Below are positions 1 to 8,257 of a stretch of 16,125 nt of DNA, piece after piece; position 1 is the first letter of the stretch, and every line of letters begins with the position of its first letter. Both the position numbers and the translations under genes were made by a program. Source of the DNA: Promethearchaeota archaeon. Lineage in GTDB: Archaea > Asgardarchaeota > Lokiarchaeia > Sigyniarchaeales > SOKP01. The notes under the pieces are model-generated. The model saw only the letters and a program-made list of their open reading frames with translations. It made no database searches and was not told the DNA's origin. The stretch lies in contig JABXKD010000080.1 of assembly GCA_013375475.1 (NCBI GenBank), positions 1 through 16,125 on the forward strand. The letters are read 5' to 3'.

Positions 1-3
1 CTA

Positions 4-1449
4 ATGAATTATTTCTTAGAAACTGAAAATGTATCAATCGATATTTCTTTGCCATCTGAAAGTACCCCATCACCTCAACTTAACATTTCAGTTTTTATTA
101 AAGATCAGATTGGAGATGTACCAATTAGCTCAGCTTATCTTAATAATTATTTAAATGTTTCAATAGAAAACGATGGGTATTCTGATATCGTGGGCATGAT
201 TTCTAACTCAGATGGAATTTCCATCAATACAATATTTTCTCTACCAGCCCCAAGTGATAAACCATATATTATTAAAGTAAACCTAACATATGGAGGAAAT
301 ATTTACATGAAAATCTCCAAAATCTTATATTACAATTCATCCCAAATACCACAATTTACAAGTACGTTTAGTACTAATGGCATAGAAAGAAATGGATTCG
401 ATTCGCTAGATATTGAAGCTACGCTTGATGGAACTAGTTATAATGTTGTATCTTACTTGTCAATTTTACCGTTTTCTTATTACAACAAACAAAGCACAAT
501 AAATAAAACGTTTGTATTATCTAATTCTGGCCCTAATCCTTTTGATTACTCAAATAGCTTTATTCCAACTTCTGTGGATCCTTCTGGCGTTGCAACATTT
601 TATATCCTACCTTACAATCCCATTAATAATTACTACAATCCTTATTCTCCAAGATTAGTTTCAGGAATCGTCAATAATCCCCCGGAGTTCGTCGAAGAAA
701 GTTCCAGCGTATTAATAATCGATAGTTCTAAAACAATTTTTTTTGATGAGACTCATACAGAGGATAGTGTAAATGTTTATTCTGTATCTCAGGGAAATCA
801 ATTAGATTTCGAAGTAAACTTGACGGATTCAGTCAGTTATGAGGATCAAGACAGTTCAGAAATGAGGGTGTCTGTCAATCTTTTTATCGTATCAATCTCC
901 GAAGATAATACAATAGTACCTATAAATCCAAGAACTTATATTCTTTCTGAATTGGTTTACGAACCGAGCTCGAACACTCATAATGGTAGATTTACAGTAC
1001 CATATACTATGAGCTTTTCATCTAGAACTGGAACTAAAGAAATTTCAACAGCGTCACAATACGATACTGCTACTCAAGATGGCTATTTAGCAATATTATG
1101 GATTACAGCTTTTGATAGTGAGGGCGAGTCAGAAGACTTTATAATAGCTTTTTTAATTCAATCGTCTCTAGAATTAGATTTAGTTTTAGTTTTAGTAGTA
1201 GTAGTAGCTATTGTAGTTGTTATTGGAGTAATTGTGGGCATTTTATTATTTTTAAGAAAAAAGAAGTTATCTCGAATATCAGCTCCGTCCGAAGGATATT
1301 ATGAACATTATTATGGAGATGATTCTTTTCAAGAGCCATACGATCAAACCCATGTAAATGTTCATTACTGTCCTTATTGTGGGTACCAATTAACTTCTCT
1401 AAGAAATTTCTGCCCAAGTTGTGGTAAATCATTAAAATTCCAAGAGTAG
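4..1449 (+). CDS. Single-pass membrane protein with extracellular beta-rich region and C-terminal zinc ribbon (probably 5'-truncated by the window edge)
   Basis: 481-aa ORF with the frame open to base 1. S/T/N/Y/P-rich region, hydrophobic stretch LVLVLVVVVAIVVVIGVIVGILLFL followed by RKKK (positive-inside), then CPYC-x10-CPSC at the C-terminus. Confidence 0.8.
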   Translation: MNYFLETENVSIDISLPSESTPSPQLNISVFIKDQIGDVPISSAYLNNYLNVSIENDGYSDIVGMISNSDGISINTIFSLPAPSDKPYIIKVNLTYGGNIYMKISKILYYNSSQIPQFTSTFSTNGIERNGFDSLDIEATLDGTSYNVVSYLSILPFSYYNKQSTINKTFVLSNSGPNPFDYSNSFIPTSVDPSGVATFYILPYNPINNYYNPYSPRLVSGIVNNPPEFVEESSSVLIIDSSKTIFFDETHTEDSVNVYSVSQGNQLDFEVNLTDSVSYEDQDSSEMRVSVNLFIVSISEDNTIVPINPRTYILSELVYEPSSNTHNGRFTVPYTMSFSSRTGTKEISTASQYDTATQDGYLAILWITAFDSEGESEDFIIAFLIQSSLELDLVLVLVVVVAIVVVIGVIVGILLFLRKKKLSRISAPSEGYYEHYYGDDSFQEPYDQTHVNVHYCPYCGYQLTSLRNFCPSCGKSLKFQE

Positions 1450-1461
1450 AAAACTCTTATC

Positions 1462-1470
1462 TTTTTTTTT
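1462..1470 (+). terminator. Archaeal oligo-T terminator candidate
   Basis: T9 tract 12 nt after the stop codon at 1449. Confidence 0.5.
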
Positions 1471-1526
1471 GATTATAATTAAATTAAGGAGAAAAACTTC
1501 ATTAAATTTAAAAAGAATATAGGATC

Positions 1527-3152
1527 ATGGATTACTTTCTTGGTTTAGACTGTTCCACCCAGAGTTTAACGGGTATTCTTATAGATTTCAACCAAAAAAA
1601 AAGCTTATATACCTATGTTATAAATTTTGATAAGGAGCTACCCCAGTATAATACTCAAAATGGAGTTTATATATCTGATGGTGGAAAAACGGTTCATTCA
1701 AATCCTTTAATGTGGATTGAAGCATTAGATATGCTACTTAATAAATTTGTTCTGGCAAATATACCACTAGAACAAATAAAAGCTATTTCTGGCTCTGGTC
1801 AGCAACATGGGACTGTCTATCTAAATAAATCTTTCGCTTCAATATTGAAAAAATTAGATCCAGATAAAACTTTAGTTGATCAATTAACAAATGTTTTTAC
1901 AAGAAATACTAACCCTGTTTGGATGGATTCGAGCACTAATAAAGAGTGTGAAGAGATTCGAAATGAATTAGGGGGGATGGAATCCACAATCAAAATTACT
2001 GGTTCGGACGCATTCGAAAGGTTTTCTGGCCCTCAAATAAGAAAATTTTTCAAACAGAATTACGACGATTATTTAAAAACTTCCGTAATTCATTTGGTAA
2101 GTTCCTTCTTATCTTCACTATTATTGGGGAAGAATTCACCGATTGATCACAGCGATGGGGCAGGAATGAACTTGATGAATATCGCGACAAAACAATGGGA
2201 TCAAAAAGCATTAGACGCCACAGCTCCCGACTTGATGCTAAAACTACCAGCCTTAACTAGTTCCTATGATGTTATTGGAAAAATATCGCCTTATTTCGTT
2301 GAAAGGTACAATTTCTCTCCAGATACTATTCTCATTCCTTGGTCAGGGGATAATCCAAACAGTTTAATTGGTATAGGTCTTACAAAAAAAGGGAGAGCTG
2401 CTATTAGTTTAGGCACTAGCGACACATATTTTACCTACCTAGAGCGTTTAAACCTTGATTTAAGTGGTGAAGGGCACATTTTTGGAGCCCCTACGGGAGA
2501 GTACATGGGATTATTGTGCTATAAAAACGGTTCTTTAGCAAGAGAGAAAATTAAAAATAGGTTTGACCTTACTTGGAATAAATTTTCACAAATACTTAAA
2601 AACACTCCTCCTGGCAATTACGGAAAAATTATGCTACCTTACTTCTTTCCAGAGGTAGTCCCTCTTGTTCTCATACCTGAAGTATACCGATTTGGATTTA
2701 GTGAAGATGATCTAGAAGGAAATGTAAGAGCTGTTATAGAAGCGCAATTTTTATCTATGAGACTACATTCTGAATGGATACGAGAAGAACCAGAAGAAAT
2801 TTATGCTACGGGAGGGGCTTCTACTAACAAGGAAATCGTACAAATCGCAGCAGACATTTTCAATACTAACATTCGGCAATTTGAGGTTACAGATTCTGCT
2901 GCTTTGGGAGCAGCACTTCGAAGCTCTAAATCTTATTACGATTCCACAAATAAAAACATTGATTGGACTGAGTTGGTAAACCAATATTTAGAAATGCAGA
3001 AGAGCATTGTTATAAAACCTAATAAGAACTACACCGAATTGTATAATCATATGCTAAATCTTTACAAGAAGTGTGAAACGTTCGTTCTGAAGAACGGAGA
3101 AAATCCAGAACCATATCGCAAAAGGTTCATCAAAAAATATTTTGAAAAGTAA
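1527..3152 (+). CDS. xylB: D-xylulose kinase (FGGY family, eukaryotic XYLB/Xks1-like subfamily)
   Basis: Motifs LGLDCSTQS, SGSGQQHGTVY, PVWMDSST, TGSxAxERFSGPQI, DxSDGAGMNL, GDNPNSL, SLGTSDT, CYKNGSLARE, ATGGAS. Confidence 0.9.
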   Translation: MDYFLGLDCSTQSLTGILIDFNQKKSLYTYVINFDKELPQYNTQNGVYISDGGKTVHSNPLMWIEALDMLLNKFVLANIPLEQIKAISGSGQQHGTVYLNKSFASILKKLDPDKTLVDQLTNVFTRNTNPVWMDSSTNKECEEIRNELGGMESTIKITGSDAFERFSGPQIRKFFKQNYDDYLKTSVIHLVSSFLSSLLLGKNSPIDHSDGAGMNLMNIATKQWDQKALDATAPDLMLKLPALTSSYDVIGKISPYFVERYNFSPDTILIPWSGDNPNSLIGIGLTKKGRAAISLGTSDTYFTYLERLNLDLSGEGHIFGAPTGEYMGLLCYKNGSLAREKIKNRFDLTWNKFSQILKNTPPGNYGKIMLPYFFPEVVPLVLIPEVYRFGFSEDDLEGNVRAVIEAQFLSMRLHSEWIREEPEEIYATGGASTNKEIVQIAADIFNTNIRQFEVTDSAALGAALRSSKSYYDSTNKNIDWTELVNQYLEMQKSIVIKPNKNYTELYNHMLNLYKKCETFVLKNGENPEPYRKRFIKKYFEK

Positions 3153-3782
3153 TTAAATCTCATCAGAATGTTTCAGTATAGAAATTACTTTGTTAGGGTC
3201 ACTCGCATTTAAAATTGTGCTTGTACTGCTTAATATATCTACATTTAACTTTTTAGCGTTATCAATATTAATTCCACCGTCAATATCAATAAGGAAATCA
3301 TATTTTTCTTTATGCTTATTTAAATCGTTAACTTTTTCAATAGAATGAGGAATAAATTTCTGCCCAGAACCTCCGGGATAAACGGACATAACTAATACTA
3401 AGTTAATTGCATTTAAATACGGAACAATTTCTTCTATCTTAGTATCAGGATTTATAGCGATACCTACTTTTTTTCCCTTACTTCTAACTTTTTCAATTAT
3501 GCCATTTTTATCTTGTTCAATCTCAAAATGAAATGTAAAAGTTTCGATGTATTCAATGATTTTTTCGATGTAATAAGGGGGATCAATGACCATCATGTGC
3601 GCTATTATAGGTATCTGGTAAGATTCATTTAAAATACGAAAAACATCCAAATTTAGATTTCTCACAGAGGAAAACTTCCCATCTGACACATCGACATGTA
3701 TAAAATCAAGATCATCCAAACCATGGATAATGTTCGGATTAAAATCGTCTCTTGCGTGTATGGATACTGCTACTTTTTTCAT
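3153..3782 (-). CDS. rpe: Ribulose-phosphate 3-epimerase
   Basis: Metal ligands in HVDVSDG, AHMMV and DIDGGI; also [28 protein letters not shown]. Confidence 0.93.
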   Translation of the reverse strand: MKKVAVSIHARDDFNPNIIHGLDDLDFIHVDVSDGKFSSVRNLNLDVFRILNESYQIPIIAHMMVIDPPYYIEKIIEYIETFTFHFEIEQDKNGIIEKVRSKGKKVGIAINPDTKIEEIVPYLNAINLVLVMSVYPGGSGQKFIPHSIEKVNDLNKHKEKYDFLIDIDGGINIDNAKKLNVDILSSTSTILNASDPNKVISILKHSDEI

Positions 3783-3811
3783 TTTTATATCGTGTGTAAA
3801 AATAGAGTTTT

Positions 3812-4528
3812 TTAAGTTAAAATCGCTACTTTTCCATCCTTTTGGCCAATATACGCTTTTGTTGCCATTTTTACAAAAAGACCCGTATCAACGACACCAG
3901 GTATCTGTAGCAGTTTAATATTCAGCTCTTGAGGATTTGTTATTTTCCCAAAATCAACGTCGATAATAAAGTTACCATTATCGCTGACAATTGGTCCTGC
4001 TTTTGCATGAGCCATTCTCAATACAGGGGTACCTCCTAATTTTTCCAATTTCTTCATAATAGGAACATAAGCTAAAGGAATTACCTCAATTGGCACTCCT
4101 TTTTTCCAGTTTTCTCCCAGATACTCTGATTTTTTAGTATAATCCGCAATAATTACTAATTTCTTTGAAGCGGACGCCACAATTTTCTCTTGGACTAAAC
4201 ATCCTCCCCCACCCTTAATTAAATTTAAAGCGTTGTCAATTTCATCTGCTCCATCAATATCCAGATCAATTTCAGGATATGTGTCTAATGAAACTAGAGT
4301 AAGTCCGTTCTCAACTATTAATTGGCGAGATTGAAATGAAGTTGGGATGCATTTTAGATTCAAATTATTTTTCTGATTTATCTCCACAATTGCTTCCACG
4401 GCATATACAACAGTAGAACCACTCCCAATTCCCAAGATCATGCCTTTTTTAACATTTTCTTCAACTGCCTTAAAAGCAGCGTTCTTCTTTCCAAGTTCAA
4501 TTAAGTTTTCATCCAAAATAATCACCAT
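3812..4528 (-). CDS. rpiA: Ribose-5-phosphate isomerase A
   Basis: [41 protein letters not shown]. Confidence 0.97.
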   Translation of the reverse strand: MVIILDENLIELGKKNAAFKAVEENVKKGMILGIGSGSTVVYAVEAIVEINQKNNLNLKCIPTSFQSRQLIVENGLTLVSLDTYPEIDLDIDGADEIDNALNLIKGGGGCLVQEKIVASASKKLVIIADYTKKSEYLGENWKKGVPIEVIPLAYVPIMKKLEKLGGTPVLRMAHAKAGPIVSDNGNFIIDVDFGKITNPQELNIKLLQIPGVVDTGLFVKMATKAYIGQKDGKVAILT

Positions 4529-4532
4529 ATTA

Positions 4533-4931
4533 TTATTTCTTGGATAAATTGAGTATTCTAATTGCTAAATACGCTGCATTTTCACCGCTATCTATTCCTA
4601 CGCATGCCACAGGGATTCTGGGAGGCATTTGGACTATAGATAATAGCGCATCTAATCCCCCCAATTTAGCACTAACAGGCACTCCAATAACGGGTTTATC
4701 TGTTTTTGAAGCCACAACGCCGGGTAAAGCTGCAGACAATCCCGCAACAGTAATATATACTAAAGATTGGCAACTTTTTAAATAATCGTCTAGTTTGTCT
4801 GGATCCCGGTGAGCAGAAATAATTTTTAGTTCATAAGGGATGTTATTTTGCTTCAAAACCTTTTCTGCCTTTTCACAAACATCTTTGTCGGATTCAGAAC
4901 CAGCGATGATCGATACAATCGTTTCTACCAT
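4533..4931 (-). CDS. purE: PurE (N5-CAIR mutase / AIR carboxylase family), short form
   Basis: [42 protein letters not shown]. Ends 4 nt before the rpiA start. Confidence 0.95.
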   Translation of the reverse strand: MVETIVSIIAGSESDKDVCEKAEKVLKQNNIPYELKIISAHRDPDKLDDYLKSCQSLVYITVAGLSAALPGVVASKTDKPVIGVPVSAKLGGLDALLSIVQMPPRIPVACVGIDSGENAAYLAIRILNLSKK

Positions 4932-5044
4932 ATTTTAACTAAATGTTCCAAAAATAAAAATGATACTAATAAAATCTTAATAATTTTTCGAGCATATTAT
5001 CAAAATGAGTAAATGAATGTGTAAAGTTCCATAGACTAATCATC

Positions 5045-5057
5045 AAAAACTTTAATA
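5045..5057 (+). promoter_or_regulatory. Candidate BRE/TATA promoter for the thiolase gene
   Basis: AAAAAC-TTTAATA in the divergent purE/thiolase gap. The AT-rich background lowers certainty. Confidence 0.35.
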
Positions 5058-5144
5058 CATTTTTGCACTTCCATACCTTAATATCAAAAATTTAATTGAA
5101 AATATCTATTAAAAAACATAATATAATAAGAGGGATAAAAAAGT

Positions 5145-6422
5145 ATGAAAGAAGTATGGTTAATTGATTACGCAAGAACCGGTTTTTCTAGATCTAGACC
5201 AAAACAGCCCGAGAGAGATGTGTTTGGCGAGATTAGAAGCGATGAACTGTTAGCTACATTATTGATGAAATTTTTTGATCAAAAATTAGCAGATAAAGGC
5301 ATCGAGAAAAAGGATATTGATGAGTTTACAGTAGGAACTGCTATGGGTGTTTTTGAAAATTGGACTTATGGAGGTAGACTTCCGTTATTTCTAGCAGAAT
5401 TTCCAGTTTCAACATCCGCAATGTTTGTTGATAAACAGTGTGGATCTGCAGGTGCGGGTATGCATGTTGGGGCTATGGAAATCATGACAGGATATAGCAA
5501 AATCTGTTTAGCAGGAGGAGTTGAACATATGACTCGTGTTGATATGCAAAATACCCATGTTAACCCAAATTTAGGAATGGTAAATAAAAAGAGCAAATGG
5601 TATCGCCCTCAATATGATATCATGACGACAATTAATATGTTGCAAACGGCTCAGAAATTATATGAAGAGGAAATGCCTAACTTCACCAAAGAAGATATGG
5701 ACAAATTTGGGGTAAGATCTCATAATCTAACGGTTGATAATCAAGAAGCCGGTTGGTTTAAAGGCGAAATTATAGGTGTTGAGGGCCATGTAGAAGGTAA
5801 TATAGAAGAACCAATGATGGTTGAAAAGGATTTGGCTGCAAGAAAATCTTCTCTTGAAAGTGTTGCGGGATTACGAAGATTGTCAAAACCATTTTATTTG
5901 GAAAAGAATGGAGGCAGAGCAGGCTATAAAGAAAGAGAAGGAACTTCTGAGGGTGTAATAACCGCTGCAAACTCTTCTCCATTGAATGCTGGTGCTACTA
6001 CTTGTCTTATGATGGAAGCCGAAGAAGCTAAAAAGCGAGGATTGGAACCGATGGCAAAAATAGTCTCGCTCGGATGGGCAGGTGTAGACCCCAGTGTAAT
6101 GGGTCGTGGTCCCGTTCCTGCAACTGAAATGGCTTTAAAACACGCTGGCTTAACCGCTGACGACATAGATTACTGGGAAATTAATGAAGCATTCTGTATT
6201 GTCGCGTTAAACTGTATGAAACATTTCAACATCCCAGAAGAAAAAGTAAATGTCATGGGAGGAGCAACTGCTATTGGACATCCATTAGGATCTACCATGA
6301 TTAGATTACCTGGGACATTAGCTCGAATATTAAAAGATAAAAAAGCGAAATATGGGTTAAGTAATGCTTGTGTCGGTGGCGGTCAAGGAATTGCTACATT
6401 AATCGAAAATATCGATGCCTAA
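5145..6422 (+). CDS. Thiolase (acetyl-CoA C-acyltransferase)
   Basis: Catalytic motifs KQCGS, EINEAF, GHPLG, CVGGGQG; also GGVEHM and MGRGP. Confidence 0.95.
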   Translation: MKEVWLIDYARTGFSRSRPKQPERDVFGEIRSDELLATLLMKFFDQKLADKGIEKKDIDEFTVGTAMGVFENWTYGGRLPLFLAEFPVSTSAMFVDKQCGSAGAGMHVGAMEIMTGYSKICLAGGVEHMTRVDMQNTHVNPNLGMVNKKSKWYRPQYDIMTTINMLQTAQKLYEEEMPNFTKEDMDKFGVRSHNLTVDNQEAGWFKGEIIGVEGHVEGNIEEPMMVEKDLAARKSSLESVAGLRRLSKPFYLEKNGGRAGYKEREGTSEGVITAANSSPLNAGATTCLMMEAEEAKKRGLEPMAKIVSLGWAGVDPSVMGRGPVPATEMALKHAGLTADDIDYWEINEAFCIVALNCMKHFNIPEEKVNVMGGATAIGHPLGSTMIRLPGTLARILKDKKAKYGLSNACVGGGQGIATLIENIDA

Positions 6423-6441
6423 ATAATCATTTTTATAACAC

Positions 6442-6467
6442 TTTTTTTTTCTATTTTTTTATTTTTT
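6442..6467 (+). terminator. Tandem oligo-T terminator
   Basis: T9, T7 and T6 tracts 20-45 nt after the thiolase stop. Confidence 0.6.
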
Positions 6468-6480
6468 AGGATTTTTTCTA

Positions 6481-6494
6481 GAAATATTTAAATA
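6481..6494 (+). promoter_or_regulatory. Candidate BRE/TATA promoter for the dodecin gene
   Basis: GAAATA-TTTAAATA between the thiolase terminator and the dodecin ORF. Confidence 0.4.
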
Positions 6495-6554
6495 TCTAAC
6501 AATAACAATTAGTCTTACTAAAAATTCTACAATATTTTTAGAACATAAATTTTA

Positions 6555-6562
6555 GAAGGTGA
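6555..6562 (+). promoter_or_regulatory. Shine-Dalgarno site
   Basis: GAAGGTGA (one mismatch to GGAGGTGA), 6 nt upstream of the ATA at 6569. Confidence 0.6.
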
Positions 6563-6568
6563 ATTAAA

Positions 6569-6775
6569 ATATCAGTATATAAAAGTATTCAATTAGTAGC
6601 CACAAGCGATAAAAATTGGGCTGATGCGGTAAGAGTTGCTTTCGAGGAGGCTAAAAAATCGCTTCGTGGTATAAGAAATATCCAAATTGTCGAATCAGAT
6701 GTCAAGGTAAAAGAAGATCAAGACAAGCTCATATATAGAGTTCGAGTACAAGTCAATTTCCAGATTGAGCGGTAA
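6569..6775 (+). CDS. Dodecin-family protein (68 aa; not in the ORF track; apparent ATA start)
   Basis: Manual translation: (M)SVYKSIQLVATSDKNWADAVRVAFEEAKKSLRGIRNIQIVESDVKVKEDQDKLIYRVRVQVNFQIER*. Matches the dodecin pattern VYKxIxLVxTSxxxWxxA...LR...YRVxxxVxF at the expected length. Confidence 0.88.
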   Translation: MSVYKSIQLVATSDKNWADAVRVAFEEAKKSLRGIRNIQIVESDVKVKEDQDKLIYRVRVQVNFQIER

Positions 6776-6790
6776 AGAATTATTAAATTA

Positions 6791-6807
6791 TTTTTTCTAT
6801 TTTTTTT
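6791..6807 (+). terminator. Oligo-T terminator candidate
   Basis: T6 and T8 tracts just after the dodecin stop. Confidence 0.55.
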
Positions 6808-6926
6808 CTTATTTCTGGTCTTATATTCCAAATTCAATTATTTTCATAAAATAATTTTAAAAACATATATGGTTTAAATTTTCATATAAAATAAATTTAA
6901 AAAAAGGAAAGAACCACGGATATATT

Positions 6927-7034
6927 ATGGACGAGCTGTTTGATACTTATGGGGGATATATTGTAGCGGGAATTATATCTTTAGTTGTTATTATAGCATG
7001 TTGCGTTATAAACAATAAACTCTTAAAAAAATAA
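6927..7034 (+). CDS. Putative 35-aa single-pass membrane microprotein (not in the ORF track)
   Basis: MDELFDTYGGYIVAGIISLVVIIACCVINNKLLKK*: acidic N-terminus, about 18 hydrophobic residues, basic tail. Less AT-rich than its flanks and fills the gap without overlap. Confidence 0.55.
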   Translation: MDELFDTYGGYIVAGIISLVVIIACCVINNKLLKK

Positions 7035-7044
7035 TCTAAAAAAG

Positions 7045-7791
7045 TTAAATCTCTATGCCATTTTGATTTAAATCTTCAAAAAATTGAGCTAAGGATTCTT
7101 TGTTTATAATTAAATAATCTCCATCGATTTCGCAATAATTTTTCTTTCCCCAGATAATAATAATATCCAGAAGGGTTTCCTTATTCACATTTAGAATATC
7201 TTGTATCATGTCAAATCTTACTCGTTTTGAAATACTTAATACTGATTTCAATTTCTCAACTTTATCTTTAATCTCTTGAGTTTTACTTTCGGTTTTAACG
7301 GAATTATCCATATTCATCCTAACTGCTTTCAGTGCGTGCGTGGCATAAACATAATTTGGATCAATTTCCAAAGCTTTCTCATAAGCCCTAACAGCTTTCT
7401 CTAAGTTTTCTGTTTCTTCATGGAGTAATCCGATGTTATAATAGCCATGTTTATAATCCGGGTTGATTTTAATCGCCATTTCGTATGAGTTCAGAGCCTC
7501 CTCAAATCGGTTTAAATTAAAATAGGCAATTCCTAAGTTATAATGTGCCCTGTAGTTTTCTGGGTCGAGATCTATTATCCGTTTGAAAATACTGATTGAT
7601 TTCTGGTATTCTAAAACGTATTCATCATTTAAGAATCCACCATATGCAAACATAGCATCTATAAGATTATTTTTTATGTCGTTGTCAGGCTTTTCTTGAT
7701 AGAGCTCTTCGAAAATTTTTATTGCTTTTTCGAACTCTTCATTTTTTATTAGATTTTTTGCTTTTTCACACAGCTTCTCTTTATCAATCAA
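7045..7791 (-). CDS. TPR-repeat protein with C-terminal winged-helix/PCI-like domain
   Basis: TPR units AHYNLGIAYFNLNRFEEALNSYEMAIKINP and GYYNIGLLHEETENLEKAVRAYEKALEIDP. The C-terminal KLKSVLSISKRVRFDMIQDIL...EIDGDYLII fits a wH pattern. TTG start with GTGAT just upstream. Confidence 0.8.
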   Translation of the reverse strand: MIDKEKLCEKAKNLIKNEEFEKAIKIFEELYQEKPDNDIKNNLIDAMFAYGGFLNDEYVLEYQKSISIFKRIIDLDPENYRAHYNLGIAYFNLNRFEEALNSYEMAIKINPDYKHGYYNIGLLHEETENLEKAVRAYEKALEIDPNYVYATHALKAVRMNMDNSVKTESKTQEIKDKVEKLKSVLSISKRVRFDMIQDILNVNKETLLDIIIIWGKKNYCEIDGDYLIINKESLAQFFEDLNQNGIEI

Positions 7792-7801
7792 AAATTATCA
7801 C

Positions 7802-8257
7802 TTAGATTTCATTTTCATACCAATAATTTTTAGATTTTTTCGCACCTAATTTCATCACTAAGTTTCTTAGAGCGCTATCTGAATCTTGGCAAATCAAAAA
7901 AACTCTATCTAAATTAAGAGTTCGTTTAATATACAATTTTAACTCTCGAATTATTAGTTCCTCAATTCCCTTTCTATATGAGTTTTCCCTTTTGGTTAGA
8001 ACTTGATGTATTAGAGCTCTTTTATTACCTAAGTAATCTTCAATTAAGGTGTACGTCCCCCAACCAACGATTTCTCCTTCTTCTTTAGCAACAATCATAG
8101 AATTTCGATATTGTAAGTCCAAAACTCTTTTATTTAATTCTTTTTCAAATTCTCGCCAAGTTGAGGAGAAATACGCCTTATTTTCAATAAAATCCTCAAA
8201 AATTTCTTTAAGTACTTCTTTATCTAATCGGGGGTCGTATCTATCAGTTTCTATCAT
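7802..8257 (-). CDS. GNAT-fold protein (divergent acetyltransferase-like)
   Basis: MIVAKEEGEIVGWG hairpin, motif-A-like ALIHQVLT...YRKGIEELII, and SALRNLVMKLG resembling AxxFYxKLG. Confidence 0.72.
   Translation of the reverse strand: MIETDRYDPRLDKEVLKEIFEDFIENKAYFSSTWREFEKELNKRVLDLQYRNSMIVAKEEGEIVGWGTYTLIEDYLGNKRALIHQVLTKRENSYRKGIEELIIRELKLYIKRTLNLDRVFLICQDSDSALRNLVMKLGAKKSKNYWYENEI

Noticed and set aside
1180-1206. (TTAGTT)2-TTA-(GTA)4 microsatellite-like run
   Set aside because: It simply encodes LVLVLVVVV of the TM helix; the units are short and frame-preserving, with no sign of phase variation.
1220-6166. Short track ORFs 1220-1432, 2763-2984, 3730-3918, 4540-4785, 5366-5596, 5770-5982, 5924-6166
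   Set aside because: Antisense shadows of well-supported genes, with no recognisable motifs.
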